A stretch of DNA of 64,000 bases from an uncultured Acidobacteriota bacterium (GTDB taxonomy: Bacteria > Acidobacteriota > Thermoanaerobaculia > Gp7-AA8): positions 192,001 through 256,000 of the forward strand of contig CAVUKB010000005.1 of NCBI GenBank assembly GCA_963741955.1, given 5' to 3'. Numbering within the stretch: position 1 is the stretch's first letter; the number at the start of each line of letters is the position of its first letter. The position numbers and the translations under genes are program-made. The notes beneath the pieces were generated by a model. It did no database searches and was not told the DNA's origin. It was given only the letters and a program-made list of their open reading frames with translations. Of this stretch, positions 39,998 through 50,952 are shown piece by piece.

Positions 39998-41782
39998 CTA
40001 TCGAGGAAGTGCGATTTTGGGTTCGTCGCGAGTCGCCGCTTCCTCCACCACACCCGCTTCCGGCGGCGCCTCCTCCTCGCGCTCTCGCTTCACCCGCAGG
40101 CGCGGAGCGATGATCAACGCGGCGCCGTAGAACGCAAACCCGATGAAGAGCGTCGCGGGACGGCCGGCGTGAAGGTCCTGCACGACGAGCTTCAGCGCGA
40201 TCACGATCAGAAGCAGCGGGACCAGCGTCGATGCAGCGCGAAGACGTTCTATCCGGCTGACCCATGCAAGGACGACGGCGGCAATGCAGAGAACCACCGT
40301 CTGTGTCGCGGATACGCCCGCGGGCGTCGCTCCGGATGGACCGCCGACCACGGTCATCAGCCCCGTGGTGACGAGACCCCCGATGCCCCACACAGCGATG
40401 GCAAGCGCGAGAGCTCTCGGAAAATGAGTCCGGCGACTTTCCGGAACGAGACGGGGAAGATGAGACACCGCACAGATGGCGGCGATCACCATCGCCAGGA
40501 GACCGCTCAGCCCGAGCTGACCGGCGCCGACTGAATTGGATGATCCGAAAAGACCCAACGCGCCGAATGTCAGCAGACCTGACCCCAGTGCGGCAGCGAA
40601 GAGATACCCGACGGTCTGCGCGACGAGCTCCACGCGCTGGTAGCGGATGGCGAGAATTCCGGTGACCAGTGCAATCGCGGCCCAGAGGATGCTGGCGGGA
40701 GTGGTCCCCATGAGGACCGCGGTCGAGGGAACGGTGAACGCGAGGCCGAGAATGGTGAAGTAGAACGTGTTGTGGAGGAGCCTGGTGCGGTCGACGATGC
40801 GGTATCCGATGATGTAGGCGGTCAGCGCGAGGACGACTCCGACCACGGCCACCGGCAGCTGGCCAACGTGCAGCACGTTCGAGATCCAGAGCGCTCCCCC
40901 GAATCCCGCCAGCCACGCGACGCTGCTCTGCATGATCTCGAACGCGGTGATCGCACGTTCCCTCCAGAGAGCGCGGACGGTGAACGTTCCGATGAATCCG
41001 AACATGGTCGAGATCTGCAGGATCATCGCCGCGACCGGCGCCTGCCCCACGAATCCGGCAACCACCAGAAACCCGAGGTTGATCAGAAGCATGTCGATCA
41101 CTGCGGCCACCGGCCACCTCAAGGCATGCCAGCGGATGTCGTAAGCGATCCAGGCGCTGATCAGGCCGACGACCAGCAGGGCCCATCCGAAGGGGACCAC
41201 CGAGCGGGTATCGACGATCAGAGCCAGGGAGGTGAGGAGCGCGAAGATGGTGGCCACCCACGCGAGCACCTTCTGTTCGCGGATCCATCCGATACCCAGC
41301 AGAAGTCCCGAGACCGCGGCCAGAATGATCGCGGCGGATATCGGGGAGAAGAAGTCGAACTTCTTGGTCGCTTCCCAGATCAGCGGATAAGCGATCATCG
41401 CGGCCGCGATTCCGTAGTAGTCTGATGAACTGACGCGGTCGGCACGTCCGGCACGGTCGGCCATGAAGATCCAGATGAGCGCATACGTGATTCCGAGCGA
41501 GAGACCGATCGGGAGAGGGACTCCCCCGGAATCGGTGAAGGCTCGCAGGAGAAAGGCGCCACCGAGAATGATCAGGGTTCGGCCGATCAGACCGAGGTCG
41601 AGAAGCGAGCGCGTCTCCATCTCGTCACGGGCGTCGGTGACGTGGGTGACCGTGGGTGCTGTGACACGGGAAGCGTCCGAGACCTCGTGCGCGGCCTCGA
41701 GATCGTTCACGCGGCGCTCGAGCCGCTCGAAGGCGGCGGCGAGAGTGTCGAGCCGCTGCTGAAGCTGAACTAGTTGATCCAT
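39998..41782 (-). CDS. Polytopic membrane protein (DUF2339-like)
   Basis: N-terminal coiled coil followed by many TM helices; GGAGG RBS before ATG 41782. Confidence 0.78.
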   Translation of the reverse strand: MDQLVQLQQRLDTLAAAFERLERRVNDLEAAHEVSDASRVTAPTVTHVTDARDEMETRSLLDLGLIGRTLIILGGAFLLRAFTDSGGVPLPIGLSLGITYALIWIFMADRAGRADRVSSSDYYGIAAAMIAYPLIWEATKKFDFFSPISAAIILAAVSGLLLGIGWIREQKVLAWVATIFALLTSLALIVDTRSVVPFGWALLVVGLISAWIAYDIRWHALRWPVAAVIDMLLINLGFLVVAGFVGQAPVAAMILQISTMFGFIGTFTVRALWRERAITAFEIMQSSVAWLAGFGGALWISNVLHVGQLPVAVVGVVLALTAYIIGYRIVDRTRLLHNTFYFTILGLAFTVPSTAVLMGTTPASILWAAIALVTGILAIRYQRVELVAQTVGYLFAAALGSGLLTFGALGLFGSSNSVGAGQLGLSGLLAMVIAAICAVSHLPRLVPESRRTHFPRALALAIAVWGIGGLVTTGLMTVVGGPSGATPAGVSATQTVVLCIAAVVLAWVSRIERLRAASTLVPLLLIVIALKLVVQDLHAGRPATLFIGFAFYGAALIIAPRLRVKREREEEAPPEAGVVEEAATRDEPKIALPR

Positions 41783-42053
41783 CAGAACCTCCGCGTGGAG
41801 AGGAGTCACTGGAGTCGATGGTGCTGATCCTGGAAAGGTTTTATGTAACGTCAGCGTGGCGGACGAGACCGTGTCGTACATCACCATATCCGGTGACCAT
41901 GAACACTGCCCCCTTCCCTTCCGAAAACGGAAGATGCCACCCAATACGAACTCCAGTTCCCGGGTCTATCGAGCGATCAACGGCGCGCTGGCCTCGCGCC
42001 GACCATCAACCTTCTGATCCCCCGGAATGCGGCCACTCCGGCGGGAAGGAGTC

Positions 42054-42521
42054 ATGATGAACGATTCCGTTTCAACGGACCGTCGGACCTTCATCAACTG
42101 GTTCCTCGGCACCACCGCGGGGGCACTCCTCGTCTCTGCGGCATACCCCGTCTTCCGCTACCTCAGTCCCCCGCGGGTTCCCGAAGCAACGACGAACCAG
42201 GTCGATGCCGGAGCGGTCAATGATCCGACCTTCCTCGAGAAGGGATTCAAGATCATCCGTTTCGGGGCCGATCCGGTCATCGTGATCCGGATGAGTGAGA
42301 AGGAGTTCCGTGCGTTCTCCGCAACGTGTACTCATCTCGCCTGCATCGTCGAATACGAGAAGAAGAAGACCAGGATCCACTGCAACTGCCATGGGGGCGT
42401 GTTCGACCTGACCGGCCGGAACGTCTCCGGGCCTCCGCCGAAACCGCTGACCCCGTTCAAAGTGAACCTGGTCTCCAAAGGGAGCGGCCAACCCGACTCC
42501 GTGATCGTGTCGAGGGCGTGA
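42054..42521 (+). CDS. Rieske 2Fe-2S subunit of a Rieske/cytochrome b complex
   Basis: Tat-like DRRTF, CTHLAC, CNCHGG, GPPPKPL. Confidence 0.93.
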   Translation: MMNDSVSTDRRTFINWFLGTTAGALLVSAAYPVFRYLSPPRVPEATTNQVDAGAVNDPTFLEKGFKIIRFGADPVIVIRMSEKEFRAFSATCTHLACIVEYEKKKTRIHCNCHGGVFDLTGRNVSGPPPKPLTPFKVNLVSKGSGQPDSVIVSRA

Positions 42522-42524
42522 GCG

Positions 42525-43691
42525 ATGAAGAAAATTACAGCACGCGTCTACGATTGGTTCGACGAACGGGTCGGCATCTCTCCGCTCATCGAGTTTCTCT
42601 CCCACAAGACCGTTCCTGAACACCGCTACAGCATCCTCTACTACCTCGGCGGTGTGACCCTCTTCTTTTTCGTGGTTCAGGTGATCACCGGAATCCTCCT
42701 GATGCTCTACTACCGCCCGTCCGCCGGAGAGGCGTTCGAGTCGGTGGAATTCATCATGACCACCGTCCCGTTCGGATGGCTGATCCGGTCGATCCACTCC
42801 TGGTCGGCGAACCTGATGGTGTTCTTCGCTTTCCTTCATCTGGTCAGCGTCTACTTCATGAAAGCGTACCGCCCGCCACGCGAGCTGACCTGGATCACCG
42901 GTGCGGTGGTCTTCCTTCTCGCACTCGGCTTCGGCTTCTCCGGATATCTACTCCCGTGGAACAAGCTCGCGTTCTTCGCCACCAAGGTGGGAACCGACAT
43001 CGCGGGCGTGGTTCCGATCGTCGGGCCCTGGACGCTTCGGTTTCTTCGAGGCGGTGATCGGGTCACGGGTGGAACGCTGTCGCGCTTCTATGGATGGCAC
43101 GTTGCGATTCTTCCCGCGATTACGAGCTTTTTCATCCTCGCGCATCTGGTGCTCGTGCAGCTGAAGGGAATGAGCGTTCCGGCAGGGGTTCAGGAAGAAG
43201 CGTCGAAGCGTAAGGCAATGAAGTTCTTCCCCCACTACATGCTGCGAGATCTCTTCGCCTGGATCATCGGTCTCGGCGTTCTCGCATCGCTCGCTGCTCT
43301 CTTCCCGTGGGAGCTGGGCGAGAAAGCGGATCCGTTCGCACCGGCGTACGCGAACATCCGTCCCGAGTGGTACTTCGTCTACATGTTCCAGACGCTGAAG
43401 CTCGTGCCGGGAGGTTCGATACTGGGGATCGAGTACGAGGCGATCGCAATCCTCCTCTTCGGTCTGTTCTTCATGCTGCTGGTGATGGTTCCCTTCCTCG
43501 ATCGCGGAGTCAGGGAGAAGGCGCGAAGTCCCATGTTCACGGTGATCGGAGTGGTCATGCTGGTGTACATGCTGGCCATGACCATCTGGGGCTACGCGTC
43601 GCTGCTCCCTCTCTACATCGCCCTGGTGGTGATCCTGCTGCTTCTCATCGGCTTCTTCACCAATCGCAAAGTCGAAGGAGGAGCATCATGA
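42525..43691 (+). CDS. Cytochrome b (b6 + subunit IV-like, fused)
   Basis: Four heme-ligand His residues, GYLLPW, PEWY. Confidence 0.95.
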   Translation: MKKITARVYDWFDERVGISPLIEFLSHKTVPEHRYSILYYLGGVTLFFFVVQVITGILLMLYYRPSAGEAFESVEFIMTTVPFGWLIRSIHSWSANLMVFFAFLHLVSVYFMKAYRPPRELTWITGAVVFLLALGFGFSGYLLPWNKLAFFATKVGTDIAGVVPIVGPWTLRFLRGGDRVTGGTLSRFYGWHVAILPAITSFFILAHLVLVQLKGMSVPAGVQEEASKRKAMKFFPHYMLRDLFAWIIGLGVLASLAALFPWELGEKADPFAPAYANIRPEWYFVYMFQTLKLVPGGSILGIEYEAIAILLFGLFFMLLVMVPFLDRGVREKARSPMFTVIGVVMLVYMLAMTIWGYASLLPLYIALVVILLLLIGFFTNRKVEGGAS

Positions 43692-45451
43692 GACCGGTCG
43701 AAAGACATTCCATCAGCTGGAGCGGGTCTCTACGACTGCTGGCGCTCGCATTCGGACTCGGAGTCACCGCGGTACCCGCAGTGCTCGCCGCCGGTGGTCC
43801 GAAGGAAACCTCCTGCACGACCTGCCACAGCGACAAGACGATGTTCGACGACTCGGGTGTCGCGATCGTCACTCATTTCCGGCAGGGAGTCCACGCCTCG
43901 GTCGGTCTTTCCTGTCACGACTGCCACGGTGGAAATCCGGACCTCAAAGTCGCGGACGATCCGGGCGCGGCGATGGACCCGAATTACAAGCCGCATCCAT
44001 TCGTGGGAAAACCGGAACGGAAGGACATCCCGGAGTTCTGCGGATCGTGCCATTCGTCACCCGACTTCATGAAGCGCTACAAACCGGAAGCGCGCACCGA
44101 TCAGGTGAAGGAATACTGGACCAGCCAGCACGGTCAGCTCCTGCGCCACGGTGATGCGAACGTCGCAACCTGCGTCGACTGCCACAGCGTGCACGGAATT
44201 CTCCGGGTCGACAACTCCGACTCCCCCGTCTTCGCTCAGAACGTGGCGAAGACCTGCAGCCACTGTCACTCCGATCCGACCCGAATGGCCGGATACAAGG
44301 ACCGCTATGGCGATCCGATCCCGGTCGATCAATACGCGCGCTGGTCGCGAAGCGTTCACGCGAACGCGCTGTTGGTGAAGGAGGATCTTTCCGCGCCGAC
44401 CTGCAACGACTGCCACGGGAATCACGGCGCGACTCCTCCTGGTCTCGAGTCGGTCGCTTTCGTCTGCGGCAACTGCCACAGTCGCGAGGCGGAGCTCTTC
44501 CGCGCCAGCCCGAAGGCGGCACCGTTCGACGAGCACAATACGTATCTCGCCTCGGCCAACGGTGAGTGCGGGACGTGTCACGATCCTTCCGAAGTGAAGG
44601 TGAAGAAGATCGCCCATTTCGGGGAGTGCATCACCTGCCACGAAAATCACGCCGTGATCCGGCCGACCATCGCACTCCTCGGACATCTCCCCGAGACCCC
44701 GTGCGCGTTCTGTCACGAGGGAGTCGGTCCTCTCTCCGAGAAGTACGGCGAGCCGCCCGAGAAGCTGCAGCACTACGAAACGGTGAAGGCGTCACTCCTT
44801 TCCCAGGCAAAGCAGAAGGGACTGAGCGGGAAGGACCTCTTCGACTGGATGGTCGATCAGGCGACTCATCTTTCCACGCACATCGTGGCCGGTACCGGAA
44901 GCGGAACCGAGGCGCCCGAGCTCCGGCCGGAGTTCCAGCGTCTGTTCGATAAATTCCGAATCGGAAAGACCCACTTCTCCTACGAGGATCCGGTTACGAA
45001 GAAGTTGGTGACCGTCCCGGTGCGGCAGTGCACCGATTGCCACTCCAAAGAGGGTTCAACCGGAAATGTCGTTTCCGGCGAGATGCTCTCATCGATGCGG
45101 CAGCTGACCTCCGTCACGGCGCGTGCCGAGCGGATCCTCCTGGCAGCGAAACGCGGCGGAGTGGAAGTCCGGAAAGCCGAGCCGGAGCTGGACGGTGCGG
45201 TCGACGGACAGATCCAGCTCGAAGTGCTCGTCCACTCGTTCTCGCCGAAGGGACCCTTCCTCGAGAAACGCAAAGAAGGTCTGACCCACGCGGAAGCAGC
45301 TCTGGTCTCGGCGAAGAACTCGCTGCACGAGCTCAGCTACCGCCGGAGCGGATTGGTGATCGCGTTGGGATTCATCGTTCTCACTCTCGTCGCACTCGGA
45401 CTGAAGATCCGTCAACTCGCGAGACGCGACGGCATCGGACGGAGTGAGTGA
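43688..45451 (+). CDS. Multiheme cytochrome c (11 CxxCH) with C-terminal membrane anchor
   Basis: Signal peptide; CTTCH, CHDCH, CGSCH, CVDCH, CSHCH, CNDCH, CGNCH, CGTCH, CITCH, CAFCH, CTDCH. Confidence 0.93.
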   Translation: MRPVERHSISWSGSLRLLALAFGLGVTAVPAVLAAGGPKETSCTTCHSDKTMFDDSGVAIVTHFRQGVHASVGLSCHDCHGGNPDLKVADDPGAAMDPNYKPHPFVGKPERKDIPEFCGSCHSSPDFMKRYKPEARTDQVKEYWTSQHGQLLRHGDANVATCVDCHSVHGILRVDNSDSPVFAQNVAKTCSHCHSDPTRMAGYKDRYGDPIPVDQYARWSRSVHANALLVKEDLSAPTCNDCHGNHGATPPGLESVAFVCGNCHSREAELFRASPKAAPFDEHNTYLASANGECGTCHDPSEVKVKKIAHFGECITCHENHAVIRPTIALLGHLPETPCAFCHEGVGPLSEKYGEPPEKLQHYETVKASLLSQAKQKGLSGKDLFDWMVDQATHLSTHIVAGTGSGTEAPELRPEFQRLFDKFRIGKTHFSYEDPVTKKLVTVPVRQCTDCHSKEGSTGNVVSGEMLSSMRQLTSVTARAERILLAAKRGGVEVRKAEPELDGAVDGQIQLEVLVHSFSPKGPFLEKRKEGLTHAEAALVSAKNSLHELSYRRSGLVIALGFIVLTLVALGLKIRQLARRDGIGRSE

Positions 45452-45477
45452 TCGGCGGATTCGATCCACGCACATGC

Positions 45478-45513
45478 AAAACGGCCGGACTGCAAGTCCG
45501 GCCGTTTTCTTTC
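45478..45513. terminator. Probable bidirectional terminator
   Basis: AAAACGGCCGGACT-GCA-AGTCCGGCCGTTTT between convergent genes. Confidence 0.85.
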
Positions 45514-45559
45514 GTGCAGTTCGTCGGGACTCTTTCTCCCGGCGTCGTGACGATGGCGA

Positions 45560-45940
45560 TCAGGTTCCCGACGGACGCCCGCGGCGCGCGGGTCGAGAGA
45601 TGTCGATCATCGCCATCCGCTCTTTCTCGTCGTACCAGCAGCGAAAGCGCTTGATACCGGGAACGTCGATCTGGTAATGACGGAAGAAGCTCGGGACGTG
45701 CAACGAGGTCGACTTGTCGGACTGACGGATCTTCGCCGCACCCTCTTCGCGCTTGTCGATCGGCTTGATTCCGATCACCTTGCGTTTGCGATCGTAGAAG
45801 AGTTGCGCGTTACTCCTGCCTCGAAGTCGGAGCATGTTGGCAACCGGAGACGCAATGCGGATCAGACGCGACTGGACGATCGTCGCCGACGCGGGAAACT
45901 TGTCGTACTCAGGCTTCGGCTCCCATTTCTCGAATGCCAT
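45560..45940 (-). CDS. Small basic hypothetical protein, possibly DNA-binding
   Basis: 126 aa; GAGGAG/GGAG RBS; own promoter; C-terminal RRGRP. Confidence 0.75.
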   Translation of the reverse strand: MAFEKWEPKPEYDKFPASATIVQSRLIRIASPVANMLRLRGRSNAQLFYDRKRKVIGIKPIDKREEGAAKIRQSDKSTSLHVPSFFRHYQIDVPGIKRFRCWYDEKERMAMIDISRPARRGRPSGT

Positions 45941-45985
45941 GCTCCACTCTCCTCACCCATCACGTGATGCTGGCGTGTTGGGCCC

Positions 45986-46013
45986 ATCATAATTTCTGTA
46001 CAGATTTTGTCAA
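45986..46013 (-). promoter_or_regulatory. Sigma-70 promoter TTGACA-N16-TATGAT with palindrome TCTGTACAGA in the spacer
   Basis: tgtcaa at 46008-46013, atcata at 45986-45991, palindrome at 45995-46004. Confidence 0.75.
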
Positions 46014-46258
46014 TCTTTTATCGCGAGCAATTCTGTACAAATAACACGTTAACAGGCCCGGGTATTCTATGTTATTTGAGGCCCCGATTAACAAACACCA
46101 TTATCGCGGGAGAAAGCTTTCGAATTCCCGCAGGACCGATTCTCGTGCAAATTATGAGGGATAAAGGGGGTTACTGTTTTCCGGCCGAAGCGAGCTCAGC
46201 CATTTGGCGAGCCGGACCCTTCCTGGAGTTGCCCTGGCCGGGTGCCTCCTCCCGCCCG

Positions 46259-47311
46259 TCAGGCGAGTGCTTCCGGAATCCGGTATCCGTAGAACGTCAA
46301 GAGGAAGCAGAGCACCCCAAGGACCAGTCCGGCCAGCGAATCGACCAGGTAGTGCCAGCCGGTGACGACCGATCCGACGAAGATCACCGCGGTGATGAGC
46401 GCGCCTACGAGTGCAGAACGACGCCACAGAGCGGCGACCCACAATGCGATGAAGCTCACTGACGCGACGTGGAGAGAGGGAAACGCCGCGATCCCCAGCG
46501 AGATGTGAACCGAGGGATCGATGATCCCCTCCTTCAGCTTCAACACCGCGATGAAGTTTCGCAGCAGCGCGGCCTGAGAGCCGATGGTGGTGGGAAGGGC
46601 GTTTCCCAGGTCAGCCCAGATCACTTGAAAGCGGTACGCGGGGCCCATGGCCGGGACGAGATAGTAGAGCCACGCGCCGGTGATCCAAAGTACCGCGGTT
46701 CCGGTAAAGAACGCGACGCGAACCCGTTCGTTCTTCAGAGAGAGAAACACCACCAGGGATGCGAAGAGCGAGTTCTGGAAGACGGCAGCGTAGCTCCAGT
46801 CGACGAATCGGAGGAAGGGAGGCCAGGCGAAAAGAGTGAGGAGAAATTCATTCGGCGAGCGGCCGCCGAATATGAACCGATCGATCTGCGACAGGCGGAT
46901 GTCGAACCATTCCGCACGCGTCACCGGGAGGGTGACCTTGATCGATTCATAGACCCAGATGGTGATCAGGAAGAAGAACATCAGTCGTGCGGTGAGTACG
47001 AGCCAGCGCACGCTGACGATGGTCCGGAGGTAGTCACGTGCGTGCCTCCGAACCGCCGAGGCGACCAGATGGCCCGCCAACGCCACCGCGGCGATGAACA
47101 CGATCGGCTCGACCATCGAGATGAGCGGCACGTAGGCCTGAACCGGACCGATCGGGAGTCGTGCGCGGAAAAAGACCAGGTGCACCAGAGGAAGCTGAGC
47201 GAGGAGAAAGATCTCGAAGAAGAGGGGGCGCCTGAGAAAGGGAAGCGGTGGAAGTGATCTGCGACCCTGCGCGACGGGAGCGGCGCCTGACTGGACGGAT
47301 TCGCTGCTCAT
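46259..47311 (-). CDS. PAP2 family membrane protein (IPC-synthase-like)
   Basis: PAMGP, AAFPSLHVA, GWHYLVD. Confidence 0.85.
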   Translation of the reverse strand: MSSESVQSGAAPVAQGRRSLPPLPFLRRPLFFEIFLLAQLPLVHLVFFRARLPIGPVQAYVPLISMVEPIVFIAAVALAGHLVASAVRRHARDYLRTIVSVRWLVLTARLMFFFLITIWVYESIKVTLPVTRAEWFDIRLSQIDRFIFGGRSPNEFLLTLFAWPPFLRFVDWSYAAVFQNSLFASLVVFLSLKNERVRVAFFTGTAVLWITGAWLYYLVPAMGPAYRFQVIWADLGNALPTTIGSQAALLRNFIAVLKLKEGIIDPSVHISLGIAAFPSLHVASVSFIALWVAALWRRSALVGALITAVIFVGSVVTGWHYLVDSLAGLVLGVLCFLLTFYGYRIPEALA

Positions 47312-47479
47312 CGGTCGCGACTTACGGTAAGGAGTTCACTGTTCTTTGTCAATTACCCGGGACCCGTGTCGTCGCGCCCGATCGCCGGTCCATCGTGTCG
47401 AGGGTCCGCCCTCCCCACTTGTCTTCCTTTCGCCGCCGAGGTACCCTCGCGACGGGACTTCCGCAGGGCCGAATCATCA

Positions 47480-49009
47480 ATGCTCTCGAAAGTATTGACG
47501 GCTGCGACCTTCGGAATTGATGCAGTAAGAATCAGCGTAGAAGTCGGCAAGGTCATGGGCCTGCCGAACTTCACCATGGTCGGGTTGCCCGACACCGCCG
47601 TGCGCGAAGCATACGCGCGGGTGCGCTCTGCGCTCGCGAGCTGCGGGCTCCGCTACCCCCCCGAGAACCTCGTCATCAACCTCTCCCCTGCCGACGTGAA
47701 AAAGGAAGGCTCGGCATTCGATCTTCCCATCGCCATCGGTATCCTGCAGTCGGCGGACGTCCTTCGCGACGAGCATCTTCGAGGAAGGGTGTTCGTCGGC
47801 GAGCTCTCACTCGACGGAGCACTCGCCCCGATCCGCGGAGCACTCTCCATCAGCGCCGCATTCGCCGGAGAGAAAGAGATACGGGAGATCATCGTTCCGG
47901 CAGACAACGCGAATGAGGCGGCGGCTGTGGCGTCGGTCCGCGTGATCGGTGTGCCACATCTGCCGGCTCTGATGGATCACCTCCGCGGTGAATCTCCGAT
48001 CGAGCCCTGCCAAACACGCGCATTCGTCGAGGAGCCGGTGGACGGCATCGACTTCTCCGAAGTGCGCGGGCAGGCCCACGCGAAACGCGCGCTCGAAGTC
48101 GCGGCAGCGGGTGGCCACAACGTGATGATGATCGGCCCTCCCGGCTCCGGAAAATCGATGCTCGCCAAACGTCTTCCGTCGATTCTTCCGCGGCTGTCGC
48201 TGCAGGAGTCGATCGAGACGACGAAGATCCACTCGGTGGCGGGGATTCTCCAGCCGGGATCCGGGCTGGTTCCGCGGCGTCCGTTCAGGGCTCCGCATCA
48301 CACCATCTCCAACGCCGGTCTGGTCGGCGGCGGATCGAATCCGAGACCGGGCGAAGTCAGCCTCGCGCATCACGGTGTCCTCTTCCTCGACGAATTGCCC
48401 GAGTTCCGGCGCGACGTTCTGGAAGTGATGCGACAGCCGATGGAGGAAGGGCGGGTGACGATCTCGCGCGCATCGCGCACCCTCACTTTCCCCGCCCAGT
48501 TCACGCTCGCTGCGGCGCTCAACCCCTGTCCCTGCGGCTATTTCAACGACACGCGGCGCCAGTGCAGTTGTTCCACCCAGCAGATCGCCCGCTATCTCGC
48601 ACGTATCTCGGGTCCGCTACTCGATCGGATCGATCTTCAGGTGGAAGTGCCCGCGCTCTCACCCGAGGAGATCAGCAGCACCAACGCGGGGGAGAAATCG
48701 GCGTCGATCCGGGCCAGAGTCGAGGCGGCGCGCACGGTGCAACGCGAGCGGTTCCGGCACTCCCACATCGATTCGAACGCGGAGATGGCTACGCGGCATC
48801 TGCGGAAGTACTGCGCCCTCGATTCCGGATCTCAGCGTATTCTCGATCATGCCGTCGAGAAGCTGGGGCTCTCGGCTCGTGCGTACGATCGGATCCTGAA
48901 AGTGGCGCGGACCATCGCGGATCTGGAGGGTGGCGAGGGTATCGCGTCACAGCACGTGGCGGAGGCGATTCAGTATCGTGCGCTCGACAAGGCGTACTTC
49001 CGGCAGTGA
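47480..49009 (+). CDS. comM: YifB/ComM Mg-chelatase-like AAA+ ATPase
   Basis: VGLPD, GELSLDG, GPPGSGKS, PFRAPHH, FLDELPEF, NPCPCG. Confidence 0.93.
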   Translation: MLSKVLTAATFGIDAVRISVEVGKVMGLPNFTMVGLPDTAVREAYARVRSALASCGLRYPPENLVINLSPADVKKEGSAFDLPIAIGILQSADVLRDEHLRGRVFVGELSLDGALAPIRGALSISAAFAGEKEIREIIVPADNANEAAAVASVRVIGVPHLPALMDHLRGESPIEPCQTRAFVEEPVDGIDFSEVRGQAHAKRALEVAAAGGHNVMMIGPPGSGKSMLAKRLPSILPRLSLQESIETTKIHSVAGILQPGSGLVPRRPFRAPHHTISNAGLVGGGSNPRPGEVSLAHHGVLFLDELPEFRRDVLEVMRQPMEEGRVTISRASRTLTFPAQFTLAAALNPCPCGYFNDTRRQCSCSTQQIARYLARISGPLLDRIDLQVEVPALSPEEISSTNAGEKSASIRARVEAARTVQRERFRHSHIDSNAEMATRHLRKYCALDSGSQRILDHAVEKLGLSARAYDRILKVARTIADLEGGEGIASQHVAEAIQYRALDKAYFRQ

Positions 49010-49074
49010 GCGCGCGGTCGTTCCGATACGAGAGAGGGCGCACGCGAAGAGCGCCGGCTCCAGGCCACCGGCGG

Positions 49075-50952
49075 TCAGCTCGAGGCGGCGGGAACGCGCG
49101 GCTCTTCAACCGTCGCCTGCTCTTTGTACTGAAGCTCGTAGAGGCGCCGATACAGGCCATTGATCCGCAGCAGCTCTTCGTGCGTGCCGCACTCCCGGAT
49201 CTCGCCGTGATGGAACACGAGGATGGCATCCGCGGAACGGATGGTCGAGAGACGGTGCGCGATCACGATCGACGTGCGACCTTCCATCAGCACCTCGATC
49301 CCCTGCTGGATCAGCCGTTCCGTCTCCGTATCGATGGACGAAGTCGCCTCGTCGAGAATCAGGACCGGCGGATCGAACGCGAGCGCCCTGGCGAACGAGA
49401 GAAGCTGCTTCTCGCCGACCGACAGTCCCGCTCCCCTCTCCCGCACCTCGGCGCCATACCCTTCCGGCAAGCGGGTGATGAAACGCTCCGCTTCGACCCT
49501 TCGAGCCGCGTTGCGCACCGCGTCGGCCCCGATCCGCGGATCCGAGAGGGCGATATTCTCCTCGATGGTTCCGCTGAAGAGGAAGAAGTCCTGCTGCACG
49601 ATGGCAAAGAGACGTCGAAGCGACTGGAGTGCGACGCGCCTGATGTCGATTCCGTTGATCAGGATCACTCCGCGCTGGATGTCGTAGAAACGGAGAAGGA
49701 GATTCGTGACGGTGGTCTTCCCCGCTCCGGTATGTCCGACGATCGCGATCCTCTGGCCGCGCCTGACGTCGAAAGAGACGTTCTTCAGCACCCATTCTTC
49801 GTCGTTGTAGGCGAACCAGACGTCGCGGAACTCGATGCTCTCGACGTGATCGAGTTCGATCGAGTCGGAGGCGTCGGTGATGCGGACGGGCGTGTCGACC
49901 AACCGGAAGATCCGTTCGCTCGCCGCCATCGCCGCCTGCAGGATGTTGTACTTCTCCGACAGATCCGAGATCGGCTCGTAGAAGCGTTGCGCGTACTGGA
50001 AGAACGCGATCAGTGCACCGATGGTCAGCGTGCCCTGAATGACCTTCCCACCGCCGTACCAGACGATCAGCGCGATTCCGACCGACTGGATCAGCTCCAC
50101 GGCCGGATAGAAGATCGAGTAGTAGAAGATCGATTCGATGTTCGCGTCGCGGTGGCGCGCGTTGAGGTGGTCGAACTTCTCCCCCTCTTCCCCTTCACGG
50201 TTGAAGAGCTGGACCACCGGCATCCCGGAGATGTGCTCCTGCAGAAACGCGTTGATCGCCGCGATCCGCGCCCGGACCTTCCGGTAGGTCTTGCGTGCAC
50301 CGCGTCGGAACCAGAGCGACACCACCACGATGAACGGCAGGATGCCGAACAGCACCAGCGCGAGCTGCCAGTTCATCCAGAAGAGGACGGCGACGATGCC
50401 GACGAGCACGAAGACGTCCCCGAAGATCGAGACGAACCCTGCGGTGAAAAGCTCGTTCAGTGCATCGACGTCGGTGGTCACTCGGGTGATGAGCCTTCCC
50501 ACCGGATTGCGGTCGAAGTACTGCACATCCAGCTTCTGCAGGTGCCCGAAAATCTGTTTCCGCAAGTCGTACATTACGTACTGACCCATCAGATTCATCA
50601 GGATCATCTGTCCGTAGAGGATCACGAAGCCGCCGACGAGCGTGAGGAGGTAGATGCCCGCCGCGAAATCGATTCCGGTCAGCCGGTCGGGCGACAGGTC
50701 CCACGCATGAAGGAGGTTCGCGACCGCCGCCGTGAGCCCGTTCCGGACCTGCGAGCCGGGTGGCTGCACGAAGAGATCGACCCCGACTGCGATGATCGCC
50801 GGCCCCGCGATCTCCGTCAGAGACGAGAGGATCACCAGGAGCACGGAAAAGAACGCGCGCCATCGGTACGGACGGAGATACGTCGCGAGCCGCCGGATGA
50901 GCCGCGGGTCGAAGCTCCTCGCCGCTTCCTCCTCGTGGCGCTCGATCGTCAT
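49075..50952 (-). CDS. ABC exporter, fused permease/ATPase (degenerate signature)
   Basis: GHTGAGKT, LSVGEKQ, LDEATS, IAHRLS. Confidence 0.94.
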   Translation of the reverse strand: MTIERHEEEAARSFDPRLIRRLATYLRPYRWRAFFSVLLVILSSLTEIAGPAIIAVGVDLFVQPPGSQVRNGLTAAVANLLHAWDLSPDRLTGIDFAAGIYLLTLVGGFVILYGQMILMNLMGQYVMYDLRKQIFGHLQKLDVQYFDRNPVGRLITRVTTDVDALNELFTAGFVSIFGDVFVLVGIVAVLFWMNWQLALVLFGILPFIVVVSLWFRRGARKTYRKVRARIAAINAFLQEHISGMPVVQLFNREGEEGEKFDHLNARHRDANIESIFYYSIFYPAVELIQSVGIALIVWYGGGKVIQGTLTIGALIAFFQYAQRFYEPISDLSEKYNILQAAMAASERIFRLVDTPVRITDASDSIELDHVESIEFRDVWFAYNDEEWVLKNVSFDVRRGQRIAIVGHTGAGKTTVTNLLLRFYDIQRGVILINGIDIRRVALQSLRRLFAIVQQDFFLFSGTIEENIALSDPRIGADAVRNAARRVEAERFITRLPEGYGAEVRERGAGLSVGEKQLLSFARALAFDPPVLILDEATSSIDTETERLIQQGIEVLMEGRTSIVIAHRLSTIRSADAILVFHHGEIRECGTHEELLRINGLYRRLYELQYKEQATVEEPRVPAASS

